Assembly (NCBI RefSeq): GCF_001194135.2
Contig: NC_068995.1
Span: 44,576,613 to 44,640,612, forward strand
From: Octopus bimaculoides
Lineage: Eukaryota
Reading direction: 5' to 3'
Length of the DNA stretch: 64,000 nt
Shown: in pieces, positions 1-13,716 of the stretch
How positions within the stretch are numbered: position 1 is the stretch's first letter
How the letters are laid out: every line of letters starts with the position of its first letter
Notes under the pieces: generated by a model
Databases searched by the model: none
Seen by the model: the letters and a program-made list of their open reading frames with translations, nothing else
What the model was told of the DNA's origin: nothing
Program-made: the position numbers and the translations under genes

Positions 1-399
1 GAAAAGTGGGGGAAGGTGGATTAAGCAGGGAAGGGAGTACACCCCAGACCAAATGGCATGTTCAGCCACACCTCATGAATATGATTGCAATGGGGGATGG
101 CGAGTGGCATTCGCTGCAGCAACCACAACAATTAGCAGGGTTCATTTCTCAGATGGGCCACAGTTATCCTGATTTTGCAGAGGAAATCAGCAGTGTGGGG
201 TCTGAGAATACCTGAAAGGACGGCATTTCAAAAGGACTAAGACAGAGGTAGTTTTTTTTTTATCTATGACCCCGTTTCATTACTTTTATTCTAATGGACC
301 CCCGTAGTCTTTCAATATTTAAAAAAACTAGTTTTATAGAAACTTCTTTCAAAATTACTATTTTGTTCTTCACACATTAACTACCAGCATCACCTTACC

Positions 400-762
400 G
401 GCACTTGTGCTGGTGGCACGTGAACAAAACATTCGAGCAAGGTCGTTGCCAGTGCTGCTGGACTGACTCCTGTGCAGGTGGCACGTAAAAAACACCATTT
501 GGGCGTGGCTGTTGCCAGTACCGCTGGACTGGCCCTCATGCCAGTGGCACGTAAAAGCACCCACTACACTCTCGGAGTGGTTGGCGTTAGGAAGGGCATG
601 CAGCTGTAGAAACTCTGCCAGATCAGATTGGAGCCTGGTGNNNNNNNNNNTGTAGAAACTCTGCCAGATCAGATTGGAGCCTGGTGCAGCCATCTGGTTC
701 GCCAGTCCTCAGTCAAATCGTCCAACCCATGCTAGCATGGAAAGCGGACGTTAAACGACGAT
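400..762 (-). mobile_element. SINE-like family D (CTGGATGCCCTTCCTAACGCCAACC core, CAT/GAT-repeat end)
   Basis: Approximate copies at 3058-3260, 4760-5115, 5160-5448, 6990-7222, 12475-12630, 17965-18200, 20545-20670. Confidence 0.8.
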
Positions 763-977
763 AACTTTGTGTAGGCTGAACTATGTAAAACATAAGAGAT
801 TCTATTATTTTATCCCAGGGTCACTTTGACAGCATGCACTGCTCTTGACATAATAATAATAATAATCATAGTTTCAAATGTAAAGATGGACGAAATACTG
901 CTAAGCATTTTGCCCAGCGTGTTAACAATTGACAACTCTTTAATAAGAATAATAATATAGAAGTTACAATTACTCAC

Positions 978-1097
978 CAATTTGGCAGTTGCCACTCCAC
1001 CGTAACTGTGACAGATGAAAGCAATATGTTTCGCTTTCGCTGGCACCACAAAGTTATCCCACACATATAACAGGTGTTCTAAAGCACTACCGTTTCT
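978..1097 (-). CDS. FAM172A: FAM172A coding exon 8 (RNGSALEHLLYVWDNFVVPAKAKHIAFICHSYGGVATAKL); gene continues left of the window
   Basis: EH..YVWD.F and HSYGG alpha/beta-hydrolase-like elbow; tgcag acceptor, gtgagt donor. Confidence 0.93.
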
Positions 1098-1142
1098 CTG
1101 CAACATCACAGAATAAAAGATATTAAATTAAAGAATTAGGCA

Positions 1143-1530
1143 CAGGAGTGGCTGTGTGGTAAGTAGCTTGCATACCAACCACATGGTTCCGGGTTCAGTT
1201 CCACTGCATGGCACCTTGGGCAAGTGTCTTCTACTATAGCCGCAGGCCGACCAAAGCCTTGTGAGAGGATTTGGTAGACGGAAACTCAAAGAAGCCCTTC
1301 GTATATATGTATATATATGTATATGCTTGCGTGTCTGTGTTTGTCCCCCCAACATCGCTTGACAACCGATGCTGGTGTGTTTACATCCCTGTAACTTAGC
1401 AGTTCAGCAAAAGAGACCGATAGAATAAGTACTAGGCTTACAAAGAACAAGTCCTGTGGTCGATTTCTTCGACTAAAGGCGGTGCTCCAGCATGGCCGCA
1501 GTCAAATGACTGAAACAAGTAAAAGAGTAA
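1143..1530 (+). mobile_element. SINE family A (tRNA-derived head GTGGCTGTGTGGTAAG..., ~390 bp)
   Basis: Approximate further copies at 2125-2385(-), 7850-8060(-), 9092-9485(+), 9520-9650(+), 12905-13290(-), 22470-22865(-), 24500-24735(+), 25735-26030(+), 42968-43216(+), 47510-47678(+), 52664-53050(+). Confidence 0.85.
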
Positions 1531-3692
1531 TTTACAGTTATTCTGAAGCTATTGATTCCTACAACACATCATCATCAGCGATCTGGTGGCCCTGCATGAT
1601 GTGTGAACACAGCAAAGAGAGTGGTGTTCCTCATGAAGCACACAAACAGTAGGGGAATAAAACTTGTAGTAGTAGTAGTAGTAGTAGTAGCAGTAGTAAT
1701 AGTAGATAAGTATCCACTAAAATCACTGGTAAATGTTTCATCTGTGAGAGCACCACTACAGGCTGCAGTAAAATCTGCACCAGCAGAATCTGTGAGAGCC
1801 AAATGTTGTAGTTGCAGACAACTGTTACACAGGATAGTTCTTCAAGGGCACTTGCTTTATATATATATATATATGTGTGTTGTAGTGAAAGTGATTGACA
1901 CCCCTGGTGGATTGGAGAATGGACTAGCCAAACTCTTACAAAGAGTAGAGGTCGGTAGTAGACAGAGAGAACATTTTGGTAGTCTCGCCAAGTACATCAT
2001 GTGAACACATTGATTAAACCTCCACCACCTAATTCTATATATGCCAACCTGTGGCAGGATATAAAAATATATATAAATATATATATATGTATATATTTTA
2101 TTTGTTGCTGGGGCACTACCTCGAGGAATTGACCTGCAGTACTTTTTTTTTTAAAGCCTGCTATTTATCCTATTAAGGGGATGTAAACACACCAACACTG
2201 GTTGCCAAGTGGTGATGGGGTACAAACACAGACCTAAAGATACACATGTACATATATGACCAGCTTTTTTCAGTTTCCATCTACCAAGTCTACTCACAAG
2301 GCTTTGGTCAGCTTGACGCTTATAGTAGAAGGTACTTGCCCAAGGTGCCATGCGGTGGGACTGAACCTGGAACCATGTCTGCACCTATTTCACACAACCA
2401 TGCCTGCTCTACACACACACAACCACCAGACTAATTGTTAACGTTTATTTCATTAAACTACATTTTTGATTCAGTAAAAACATTAACATCTCCTGTGACA
2501 TGAACTCATAACATGTATAACACACATTTAGATGACCACATGAACTAATAATTTCTCCTAATTTTTCACACACAAGGCTGACAGTTTTGAAGGGTGGGAG
2601 ATGTTGATTACATCAACCCCAGTGCTCAACAGGCTCTCATTTTATCAATCACGAAAGGATGAAAGACAAAATTAACCTTAGTAGCAAAGCCAGAAAGAAA
2701 TGCTTCTAAGCATTTTGACTCACATGTTAATGATTCTGCCAGCTCACCACCTTATCACATGAACTAATAATACATGAGAGATTACTGGGGTGTGTTAACT
2801 AGAGACTGAACTGTGTTAACTGCTGTGAACACACTGAACTATGTTACTACAGTACACAGAAGTATGCATTAACTACGGAATAAATAATAACATTTTGATA
2901 ACAGTAAAATTTTGAGTGTTAACAAAAGTAATTAGTAGTAAGTTAACTATGGAGTACAGGAAGATTTTAACCTTTTCGTTACGATTTTTCTGTTAAAATA
3001 CACCGACTTTGTTTCAATTAATTGTGAAAACAATGAAGAACTTAATAAAATCATCATCACCATCATTGTTCTTTAATGTCCATTTTCCATGCTAGCATGG
3101 GTTGGACGGGTTGACCAGGGTTGGCAACTGGAAAGCTGCACCAGGTTCCAGTCTGATTAAGTTTGATTTCTACAGATGGATGCCCTTCCTAACACCAACC
3201 CCTTTACAGTGTGTGTTGGGTGCTTTTTAATGTGGTACTAGCACAGCACTCATGCAGGTAAATCCTCTTCACCAGGGGAAGCAACCTTAACACTTCTGCT
3301 GTAGAGGACGGGTCTTTTTGAGTATAGGAAGGCGCCATATATCTCGGTCTTTTGTCATCTCCTCCAAAAAGTTCAGTGTCCTGAGGTTATTATTAAGGTG
3401 GTGTTTGGAGCAAATTAACACAACGTTTTGATGGAAGGTTTTAATTAAGATCAATTTACAACAGGGAGATTGCAACATGGAGTTTGGTATCAAAAGGGTT
3501 AATCACTGCACCTGCACTCACACACAAGCACCCAACACCTTCCAACCCCTAATTCCTGTCACCCCTATCCCACTCACACCTCCATGCATCTCCCCACAAC
3601 GCACACATACGCAAGATGGCCACACACACATTGTTAACCTCAGTAAGCATAAAAGCAAACTAACAAACAAACAAAACTAGCAGATGTCTCAC

Positions 3693-3825
3693 CCTGATTT
3701 TATTTCCAGTTTTTTTACTTCTGTTTAAGTTCGTATTTAAGACGAGAACAGCAAAACTGGATTGGACAGCTCTTTTGATGAATGGCATTTGTGAACCACT
3801 GTCTAAGCAGTCATTGATGAGGAGT
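3693..3825 (-). CDS. FAM172A: FAM172A coding exon 7 (RLLINDCLDSGSQMPFIKRAVQSSFAVLVLNTNLNRSKKTGNKIR)
   Basis: Matches FAM172A LIINEDLDSGTQIPFIKRA; gctag acceptor, gtgag donor, phases consistent. Confidence 0.93.
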
Positions 3826-6472
3826 CTAGCAAAGAGAAAGTTACATGGTTCATTGTAACAGATTCTATGAGTGTTACAGAATATGGTTCCAATAATGGTT
3901 AGAAACATTAATCCCTAAAATCAAGGAATATTGTTGAATGGATCTAAAAGGTCTTGCAACATTGACTTCAACTCAATTCACTTTACACCATTTATGTCTC
4001 TGAGAATCAAAGACAATAAGACTAATTCCTCATTGATCGATATCACTGAGGTAATACCAATATTTGATGGCAGTCAGATCATTCTTCTGTAGGGCCTCCA
4101 TTGACCAAGGTTGATTATGCGGTTGCACATGTGAAGGCCAAAGTAATATTATTTGCCAGTAATACTGAGTTGCCCATTAACAAAAAGTCTTCCCTCTCCA
4201 TGCAGCTAATGTGTATTGAAAGAAAAGGCCACCAACTTCAGTTGATACTGTTTGCCACAGGGATCATTGCGGTATACACTGTCACAATACAATGAGCTGG
4301 AGCTGATACCGCATAGCAACTCCCTAACAGTGTCACCAATCCATCATCCCAGATTGGCACATTTCCACACACCCTGAAAGGACGAAAAGGAAAGTTGACC
4401 TCGGAACAATACTGTGAGGTATTCTATCTAACACTCTAATGACTACTAATTAGCTGCTTAACTATTCCTCTAATGTCATGTTTGTGCTTCAATAACTATA
4501 AGCAAGAAAAGGAGACTACCATATTTTACAGTATACAAGGTAAAATTTTTCGGTCCAAAATTTACAACCAATTAAAAAGCAGGTCATCTTATACACCAAG
4601 ATTACTCCGAAGGACCAAAAATTCCATCTGGAAATGCAGCAGGATTTGGAAAGCTAGTGACAATATTTCAGTGTTTACACTACATGTTTACACTTTATAC
4701 TATGTTGATTTGTGTGCAGGAAAATATGGTCGGATATATTTTTGGAGGATATTTATTTGTATAAAATACACCATTTTGAGTGTGGCCGTTGCCAGTACCG
4801 CCTGACTGGCCTTCGTAGGATTTTCGAGCAAGATCGTTGCCAGTGCCCCTGGACTCCCTCTTGTGCGGGTGGCACATAAAATATACCATTTTGAGCGTGG
4901 CCGTTGCCAGTACCGCCTGACTGGCCTTCGTGCAGGTGACATGTAAAAGCACCCACTACACTCTCTGAGTGGTTGGCGTCAGGAAGGGCATCCAGCTGTA
5001 GAAACTCTGCCAAATCAGATTGGAGCCTGGTGTAGCCATCCGGTTTCACCAGTCCTCAGTCAAATCGTCCAACCCATGCTAGCATGGAAAGCGGACATTA
5101 AACGATGATGATGAGGACTTCCTTTCTCAAATTGCTGCTAATACTTTCCNNNNNNNNNNGAGCAAGATCGTTGCCAGTGCCCCTGGACTCCCTCTTGTGC
5201 GGGTGGCACATAAAATATACCATTTTGAGCGTGGCCGTTGCCAGTACCGCCTGACTGGCCTTCGTGCAGGTGACATGTAAAAGCACCCACTACACTCTCT
5301 GAGTGGTTGGCGTCAGGAAGGGCATCCAGCTGTAGAAACTCTGCCAAATCAGATTGGAGCCTGGTGTAGCCATCCGGTTTCACCAGTCCTCAGTCAAATC
5401 GTCCAACCCATGCTAGCATGGAAAGCGGACATTAAACGATGATGATGAGGACTTCCTTTCTCAAATTGCTGCTAATACTTTCCTTACTTAAGATGGCGAG
5501 CTGGCAGAATTGTTAGCATGCCGGACAAAATGCTTAGAAGTATTTCCTCCATCCTTATGTTCCGAGTTCAAATTCCACCAAGGTCAACTTTGCTATTCAT
5601 CCATTCGGGGTCAATGAAATAAGTACCAGTGTTACACTGAGAAGGGGGTCAATGTAATCAACTATCCCCTTTGCCCCCAAATTTCAAGCTTTGTGCCTAT
5701 AGTAGAAAGGATTATTATCATTAAGGCGGTGAGCTGGCAGAATTGTTAGCATGCCGGACAAAATGCTTAGAGGCATTTCATCCATCCTTATGTTCCAAGT
5801 TCAAATTTTACCAAGGTCAACTTTGCCTTTCATCCCTTTCAGGGTGGATGAAGTAAGTACCAGTTGAACACTGAGGTGGGTGTAATTGTTTAAACCCCAC
5901 CCTCAAAATTGCTGGCCTTGTGCCAAAATTTGAAACCAATATTATCTTACTTCTACACAGATTAAACTGCTTTCGCAAACTACTGTTCCACACTTAACTC
6001 CCTTATTACTAAATATTAAAAAAATCGTTTTATACTCAGTAATCTGGTTGGTAATCTAATTTAACAATATACTCAGATAATCCAGATTGTTTGACCAGGG
6101 GGGGTTTAGACAGAGTCCTGACCAAAGACATTCCAGCTACCACCATCCTGTCTTCTTTCACGCAGTTTATCTCAGACTAAATAATCCAGCAAGCTTTTAC
6201 CTGTTTTAGAGTGTGATTTGAGATGTTTAAGACTTATTTCTAGCAAGTCAAATAAATGACCCCATAGCAGTTTGTAGATTGGTTCATATAGTATTTACAG
6301 TGTCATGTTCTGATAGAAATTTTTACATACAGAGATTTGCAACTCTATTCAACCCATACTATATCTGGAGAAACAAGCCACAAGAATTTGTTTACAAGAT
6401 CTTTAATCGTAAGAAGTAAGGCTAAGTGAAGAGAAGAAATGGACAAAATAAGACTGATAGAAGGCCACTGAC

Positions 6473-6600
6473 CTACGAGCCCACTGACCAGCACGAACGG
6501 CCCCAGAACCATGGACTAGCAGCAGTAATTTGTGAGGGTTTGTCAAGGCATCTTTACTTTGGAAAATGAAACTTTGTGGTTCCGAACCAATTCGGTTAAT
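6473..6600 (-). CDS. FAM172A: FAM172A coding exon 6 ([42 protein letters not shown]), Arb2 domain
   Basis: Hallmark [13 protein letters not shown] motif; cacag acceptor, AG|gtcagt donor. Confidence 0.95.
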
Positions 6601-7329
6601 CTGTGAAGACAATAAAATAAAAGAAAAAAAGTTACATTAACAAAACAGACCAAAGCTAAGAAAACACTATTCATTTCAAAGGCAAACTTTACATTCCAAT
6701 CACTAACCCTACCCATCAGGTGGCTGAATATTCCACAGACTTGTGATGCAATATGTGAAAAGGCTGGAGGAGCTTGAAATAACTGGTACAGTTGCAAGGG
6801 CTTCTACACAGTTTCCATCTAACCAATTTCACCCACAGATTTTGGGTTACAAAAGGACATTTGCTAAAGATGCAACTAAGTGGAATTGAACCTTGTGGCC
6901 TCGTGATTACAGAGCAAACTTCTTAACCACTCAACCATGCCTATCCAATACAATACAGCAACACCTCCACACATACACAATTACTATAAACTGGAGCCAT
7001 TGCCACATAAAAAACAACTGTGTCGATGTTGTGTAAATGCACCCATGCTGGTGGTATGTAAAATGCACCCAGTACACTCTGTTAAGTGGTTGGCTTAGGA
7101 AAGGCATCCAGCCATAGAAACAATGCCACAACAGACAATTGGAGTCTGGACAGCTCCATGTCACTGTCTAATCCATGCTAGCATGGAAAGCAGACATTAA
7201 ACGGTGATGATGATGATGATGTCATCAAGCAACAGAGAGAAGAGAAAAAACATAAGGTTCAATATTTTATCACAGTATCAATCAAATACTGTGATACTGT
7301 TATATACCACTAGTCACAATGCACTTCCA

Positions 7330-7612
7330 ATTCTGTCTTGATTGCTTAATTAAATCATCTTTGCATCTTCGTGGAGGCCTTTCAAGTGGCCTTTTCTGAT
7401 CTCTTGTTTACCACTCAGCAACTGCATGGGTCCACCAGGTGCCTGTGAACCTTGTGATACGATCGGCCAAGTGGAATTTGTGCTTTTTGGTATTCTATGA
7501 TTACATCATTCATTCCACTTTGTTCTCGAATTATTCCATTTTGAATTTGCTCTTGTAATGGTATTCTTAGCATGGTTCTTTCCATGACCCTTTGTGAAAT
7601 TAACATATTAGT
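7330..7612 (-). mobile_element. RTE LINE C-terminal fragment in a FAM172A intron
   Basis: SQRVMERTMLRIPLQEQIQNGIIREQS...DVI and ERPPRR.KDDL motifs. Confidence 0.7.
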
Positions 7613-8498
7613 GGTTGAGTACTCCACAGACGTGCTTAGCCTTAACGTAGTTCTCAGGAAGATTCAGCGTGACATAGAATACGATAAGGTTGGCCCTTTG
7701 AATTACAGGTAAAACTCATTTTGTCAGGTGAGTGGACTAGAGTAACAATAAATAAACTGTTTAATAATGTAAATCAAATTTGGTCACATGACAAACAGTG
7801 ACCCACCCCGTGCATAATTCTAATATTCCTTTCTTTTTTTTTTTTTATTTGTTTCAGTCATTTAACTGCGGCCATGCTGGAACACCACCTTAAGGAGTTT
7901 TAGTTGAACGAATTGACCCAAGACTTATTCTTTGTAAGCCTAGTAATTATCCTATTGGTCTCTTTTACCCAACTGGTAAGTTATGGCAACATACACACAC
8001 CAACATTAGTTGTCAAGCGATGGGGGGGGGGGAGTAACAAACAGACACAAACACACAACCTTCAAACATTGGGCATTTAACCTTTTAGTGTTTAAACCGG
8101 CCATATCTGGCCCAAATATTCTACATGTTTTATATTTGAACTAGCCATATCTAGCCTCTCACACCAAACCCACATTGACATTCTAAAAATAAATAATCAC
8201 ATCATTGAGATTTCAAAGCAATGAGATAATGCATGATTAATTCAAAACAATTTGAGTGAAAAGGCATCACATTTAACAGAGTAATCTGAACATTAAAGGG
8301 TTAAACCACTGGCTGGTTTAAATGCTAAAGGGTTAAAGAGAGAAAATGTAAAAGCATGATTTCAAATGTTATAATAAAGGGACATGTCTGTGACTAAGTC
8401 ACTGACCATTCTAACTGTTTGGCAAGTTGGAAAAGTCGACAATGTGGCAAGTTGAAAGGATAACAATTTGACAAAACAATCAGAGGTTCCATACTTAC

Positions 8499-8564
8499 CG
8501 GTACATAGACCTTCTCCAGTTTCATTTCATTTTGTAACATATTGTAGATATGATGAGTGACAGC
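8499..8564 (-). CDS. FAM172A: FAM172A coding exon 5 (AVTHHIYNMLQNEMKLEKVYVP)
   Basis: tttcag acceptor, gtaagt donor, phase 0/0; similar to the FAM172A segment ITKYVYELLEKDCNLKKVSIP. Confidence 0.88.
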
Positions 8565-9264
8565 CTGAAAGATGATGATGACAACAATAGTAATAGTGAT
8601 GGCAATGGTGAAAGTGGTGGTGATGACGGTAGTTGGTGGTAAAGATGACGATAATAATGATGGTGACATTGCTAATGAGGATGACAAAAATAAGGAAACA
8701 TGGGTATAAATACAACCCTAAATATACAAACTACATAGGAGCACTCCGTCGGTTACAACGAAGGCCCCAGCTGATATGATCAACGGAACAGCCTGCTCGT
8801 GAAATTAATGTGCAAGTGGCTGAGCACTCCACAGACACGTGTCATGTACCCTTCTTGTAGCTCTCAGGGATATTCAGTGTGACACAGAGTGTAACAAGGC
8901 TGGTCCTTTGAAATACAGGTATTACTCATTTTTGCCTCTGAGTGGACTGGAGCAACATGAAATAAAGTGTCTTGCTCAAGGACACAACGCGTCGCTGGGA
9001 ATTGAACTCACGACTTTACGATTGTGAGCCGAATGCCCTAACCACTAAGCCACGCGCCTTCACACAAACTACATACACACTGTGGACATAGGTGCAGACG
9101 TGGCTGTGTGGTAAGAAGTTGTTTGCTTCCTAACCACATGGTTCCGAGTTCAGTCCCCCTGTGTGGCACATTGGGCAAGTGTCTTCTACTATAGCCTCGA
9201 GTTGACCAAAGCCTTGTGAGTGGATTTGGTAGACGGAAACTGAAAGAAGCCCGTCATATATATG

Positions 9265-9299
<35 letters not shown>

Positions 9300-9914
9300 T
9301 TGTTCCTCCACCATCGCTTGACAACCGATGCTAGTGTTTACGTCCCCGTAACTTAGCAGTTCGGCAAAAAGAGACCGATAGAATAAGTACTAGGCTTACA
9401 AAGAATAAGTCCTGGGGTCGATTTGCTCGATTAAAGGCGGTGCTCCAGCATGGCCACAGTCAAATGACTGAAACAAGTAGAAGAGAGTATATGTTATAAG
9501 TGTACATATTTAGACATAGTTGCATGGTAAGAAGCTTGCTTCCAAACCACGTGGTCCTGAGTTCAGTCCCACTGCATGGCACCTTGGCAAGTGTCTTCTA
9601 CTATAGCTTTGAGCTGACCAAAGCTTTGAGAATGGATTTGGTAGATGGATTAGTTTAGTTTTATAAAAGGGAGAAGGTTTAACATTTGCTTACATATACA
9701 TACACATAACATAAACATATAATATAAATATATGTATCATATATGTGAAGGGGCATGGCTCAGTGGTTAGACCATAAGTCTCACAATCAATGATTAGGTT
9801 AATGTCTGCCTCAGATGTCTATCTTGAACTTGACAGCCTCTTTCTCACTCCTGCGTCCACCACCTCTATCAATTCTTCTACCATAATGCTAGTACTATTA
9901 TAATGACTACTTAC

Positions 9915-10012
9915 CTCTCCTAGTTCTTCATAATTCTTCTCGTTATCCCTTCTATTGTTGCTGATGTTAAACTCAAAAGGTCTCCCAGTTTTAATGTGTC
10001 GTAGCTGGCCCT
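9915..10012 (-). CDS. FAM172A: FAM172A coding exon 4 (KGQLRHIKTGRPFEFNISNNRRDNEKNYEELGE)
   Basis: GQLRHIKTG..F.FN and YE.LGE motifs of FAM172A; gccag acceptor, gtaagt donor. Confidence 0.92.
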
Positions 10013-11222
10013 CTGGCAAATAAAACAAGATTTTAAATTAAAAAAAAACAAAAACAAACAAGAACCTGAAGTTAAGTTGGAACAAACGAAGCAAATACCA
10101 TGGTAGATTGTGGCTCAGTGGTTAAGATGCTGAAGTTAAAGAGATAAGCTTCATCAGTTCTTGTTACAGCTGTTACATTGACTGAGGAAGATACAAGTAT
10201 CTGCTCACATCCATGTTTCTAGATGAATACTTAAGGTGAGGATCACTTCACTCACCTATCTATAAGTATCATACGGCAGGGGATGCAGTACCCTCCCCTG
10301 ATGCAGAAGTGAGATTCATTTTACAACACTCAATAGGTACCACGAGGAGGTGCAGTACAGTTTGCTGTACATAGTACCAGGGTGACATACAGCAGAACTA
10401 CATGTACTTTAAGGTCACTATTAAAGGCGGTTCTCTATTTACCCGTGAGGATAATTGGTCCCACAAAACACAATAGCCATACTTCTGTTGTTAGCACCAA
10501 TAATTAGCCAACACTTATGGTAACTTGGGCCACAGGCTAAGTTCACCTGTTTAACAATCTACCTCTTGGTTCATAAATACATTAAGTAGACACCACTCAG
10601 TTGCAAGCATTTGGTCCAGATCTCTGGTTTTAGAGTGACTTTTCCATTAGATTTCAGACAGATTCAGCACTGAGTTACTGAAGCACAAATATTGTTATAG
10701 CAAATATTCTACTTAATACCACAGATTTGTTTGTCAGCTGCTTGACCTTAACAACATAAACATGTTCCTTAGTGGTTGACAATATGTGCATCTCTGATCA
10801 TGAGCAAGAGTAGTAGGGGAGCATCGTAGTCAAGTTCTGAGAGGGATTCTTTGGGGCTTGAATGAATGTAACAAAAGCAAAGTTTGAAGGAAATATTAGC
10901 CATTTTTCATACTTTCTAGAGGTAAGCAAATAAGAAATAACAGTTGCTACCCAAGGACAAAAATCGTGTTACACAGTGTAATCTAGCACTGACTTGTTTT
11001 CAAGTGTGAAGGGTAGATTCTATAATGCTTGGGTACAAAGAGTGGCTAAAGACAGATGTTGATTGTGTAAGAAATATGAAGGCCAGAAAGAAAGGTGTTG
11101 AGCATGCTCTGGATGTGTAATATTTAATGTGGATGAATGAAAGGGTACAAATGAGATGAGGGGGAAAGAATGAATGAATGAATGGGTTGATGGATGACTT
11201 TTGTTAACAAATTCTTACTTAC

Positions 11223-11312
11223 TTTCGTTGAAACGATATTTAAAAGACTCCAAAGATTTTCGTTTTATTTTGCTTTTATTATGGTTCTGGGGAGTTGATA
11301 TCACATTTGGAT
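11223..11312 (-). CDS. FAM172A: FAM172A coding exon 3 (DPNVISTPQNHNKSKIKRKSLESFKYRFNE)
   Basis: SLESFKYRFNE resembles FAM172A TLEGFEYAFNE; ccaaag acceptor, gtaagt donor, phase 1/1; absent from the ORF track. Confidence 0.85.
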
Positions 11313-13352
11313 CTTTGGAATAAATACAGAAGTAGAAATAAAGAAAACAAAAGAAAAAATGTTGAAGAAAGACAGGAAGACTGAAGGTTGATAATAAATT
11401 CAGTACATATATATATATATATATACCATATAAATATCACACACACACACATATATATATATGAAAGAGAGAGAGAGTAATAAGGCATTATGAAAGGAAA
11501 TAAATGCATAAACAAAATGTAGACATCTGGCAAGTATGGAATTATAATGTTTACTTTTATTATTATTATTATTATCAGTCAAAAACTGTAGAACTAAACA
11601 CCAGATGTTAATGGTTAAACACTTCATGTTACATAGCTAAACACCACAGCCAACATAACTAAACACTATATTTTTTACAACTTAATATCTTCATAATAAT
11701 AATAATAATAATCATAATTCTAATAATGTTTGTGCGTCATTGTTGATGATGACCAGGACATCATGAGAGAAGATGGGTCACAGTGTATCTGGCTGTGGCC
11801 AATGAGGGTACCAGTGGTCTGCTGGGAAAGAAAGGAAGGAGTTGGTTGGTTCTGAACTTGAGCAGCTCGTGTTTTCTTCATGCTCCTGCAATGTTATTCT
11901 GTTTATAGGGAGTGGCACCTCTGCTGCTGCAGCTATGGCAGGCAAGGGCTGTCCTGTGCTTGCATTTCCCAGGCGTCAAACTGGACTACACCCACTCATG
12001 GTACCTATTGAATGATACAAATTGAACCTCACTACAACATCTATTGATGGTACCTACTGACATGCAAGTGAACTGAGTCTCATCATTGCATCTATTGACA
12101 ATACCTCTCACAACATCTACTGAGAAGTTACGTTGTTATAACTCAGCACAAGACATATTTACTGTTAAATGGAATGTACCTCATCATTCTGTTGCACTGT
12201 TCCTCACCATGGTACCTAATTACAACTAGATGGAGTAAGTTCAATGAGAGTTAAGCGTTTTTCCTAGTATCTTTGGAAGATTGGCACCATAATAAATAAC
12301 TGTATGTTTGTAGAGCTACATTAATATACCACTAAACCATAGCTCTCTTCAAACCAGACATGATTTTAATACAACAGTATTATATGGTCTCCCTTCAAGC
12401 CAGACACGACGTATCTTTCCAGCTCACTACTGTTGCACAACTTACTTCTAATCATATATGATTGAGGTCATCATCATCATCATTTAATGTCTGCTTTCCA
12501 TGCTGGCATGAGTTGAACAGTTTGACAAGAGCTGGCTAGGCAGAAGACTGCACCATGCATCGCTGTCTGTTTTGGCATGGTTTTTATAGCTGGATGCCCT
12601 TCCTAAAACCAATCACTTCACAGGGTGGACTCTGTAAAGCCTATTAATGCCTCATTACTGGCCAGCTCTCTTCTAGCTGCAAGGTCTAATAAATCTCTAA
12701 GGCCTCATTTATATACCAACCATTACCATAAAGCTCTCTTCTCACAGCCAAATATAGTGAATTTCTGTAAAGTCTTTATTGCGAAGCTCCTTTCTAGCTA
12801 GACTTGGTTCATGATTATCTTTGTAAAGTTTTGTTAATACACTGCTATTGCATAGCTCTCTTCTAATCAGACCTGACTATGACAAACAAACAGCTCTTTT
12901 ATCTTTTCCTTGTGTGGCATGGCCACTACCTTGAAGACATTTTAGTCAAATGAATCGCCCCCAGAACTTATATTTTTATAAAGCCTGGTATTTATTCTAT
13001 CAGTCTCTTTTGCTAAACCACTAAGTTACAAAGATGTAAACACCGCAACACCAGTTAAGTAGTGAGGAGGTGGACAAACATAAACACAAAGTCACACGCA
13101 TACACATGTGTCATATGTATATATGCATGTGTGTATATACAAACACACACACATATAACAGGCTTCTTTCAGTTTCCATCTACCAAATTCACTCACAAAG
13201 CTTTAGTCAACCTGAAGCTATAGTAGAAGACACTTGTGCAAAGTGCCACGTAGTGGAACCGAACCTGGAAGCATGTAATTGGGAAGCAAACTTCTTTCTG
13301 CCCCACACTCACACAAATGCAGACAACCACTCTTCAAAATGTTTGAGCTAAC

Positions 13353-13716
13353 CTTTTAGCAAAATTTTGCCAGATTCTTTCGAAGGAAATAATTTCATTT
13401 GTTTTCCACCACAAAATTTTTTTTTATATTTCTCTTTATGGCTCAAGTTGCACTGATTCGAAGATGTTAATTTCACGTCCCCTTCAGTTTTGGAACCTTT
13501 AGTGGCTTCAGGCATGAGTTTCTGCGAACTTTCTTTTTCTTCCATTTCGCAGTCTGCAGAAGAAACATCATCACCAGAGTTTCTTTCGCTATTTTTGTCT
13601 AGAATTGACATTTCTATATCTTTCTTGTTTGAATGTTCCAGACCATTCTCTGGCTGCATAAGGCACTTGTTTTCAGAATGTCTCCAAGACAAAATCTGTT
13701 TTGTGGAACCGAGTAA
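13353..13716 (-). CDS. FAM172A: FAM172A coding exon 2 (LLGSTKQILSWRHSENK...GKILLK), charged low-complexity extension
   Basis: Polypyrimidine/cctcag acceptor, 364-nt open frame, AAAAG|gttag phase-1 donor in frame with the next exon. Confidence 0.75.

Noticed and set aside
370-693. ORFs in family D repeats (also 4695-5383)
   Set aside because: Stop-poor SINE-like sequence, recurring in multiple copies, with no protein motif.
4820-5480. Near-exact ~320-bp direct duplication (4820-5149 vs 5160-5480)
   Set aside because: The copies flank a 10-N gap, so this is most likely contig-overlap artefact. The same applies to 601-640 vs 651-690.
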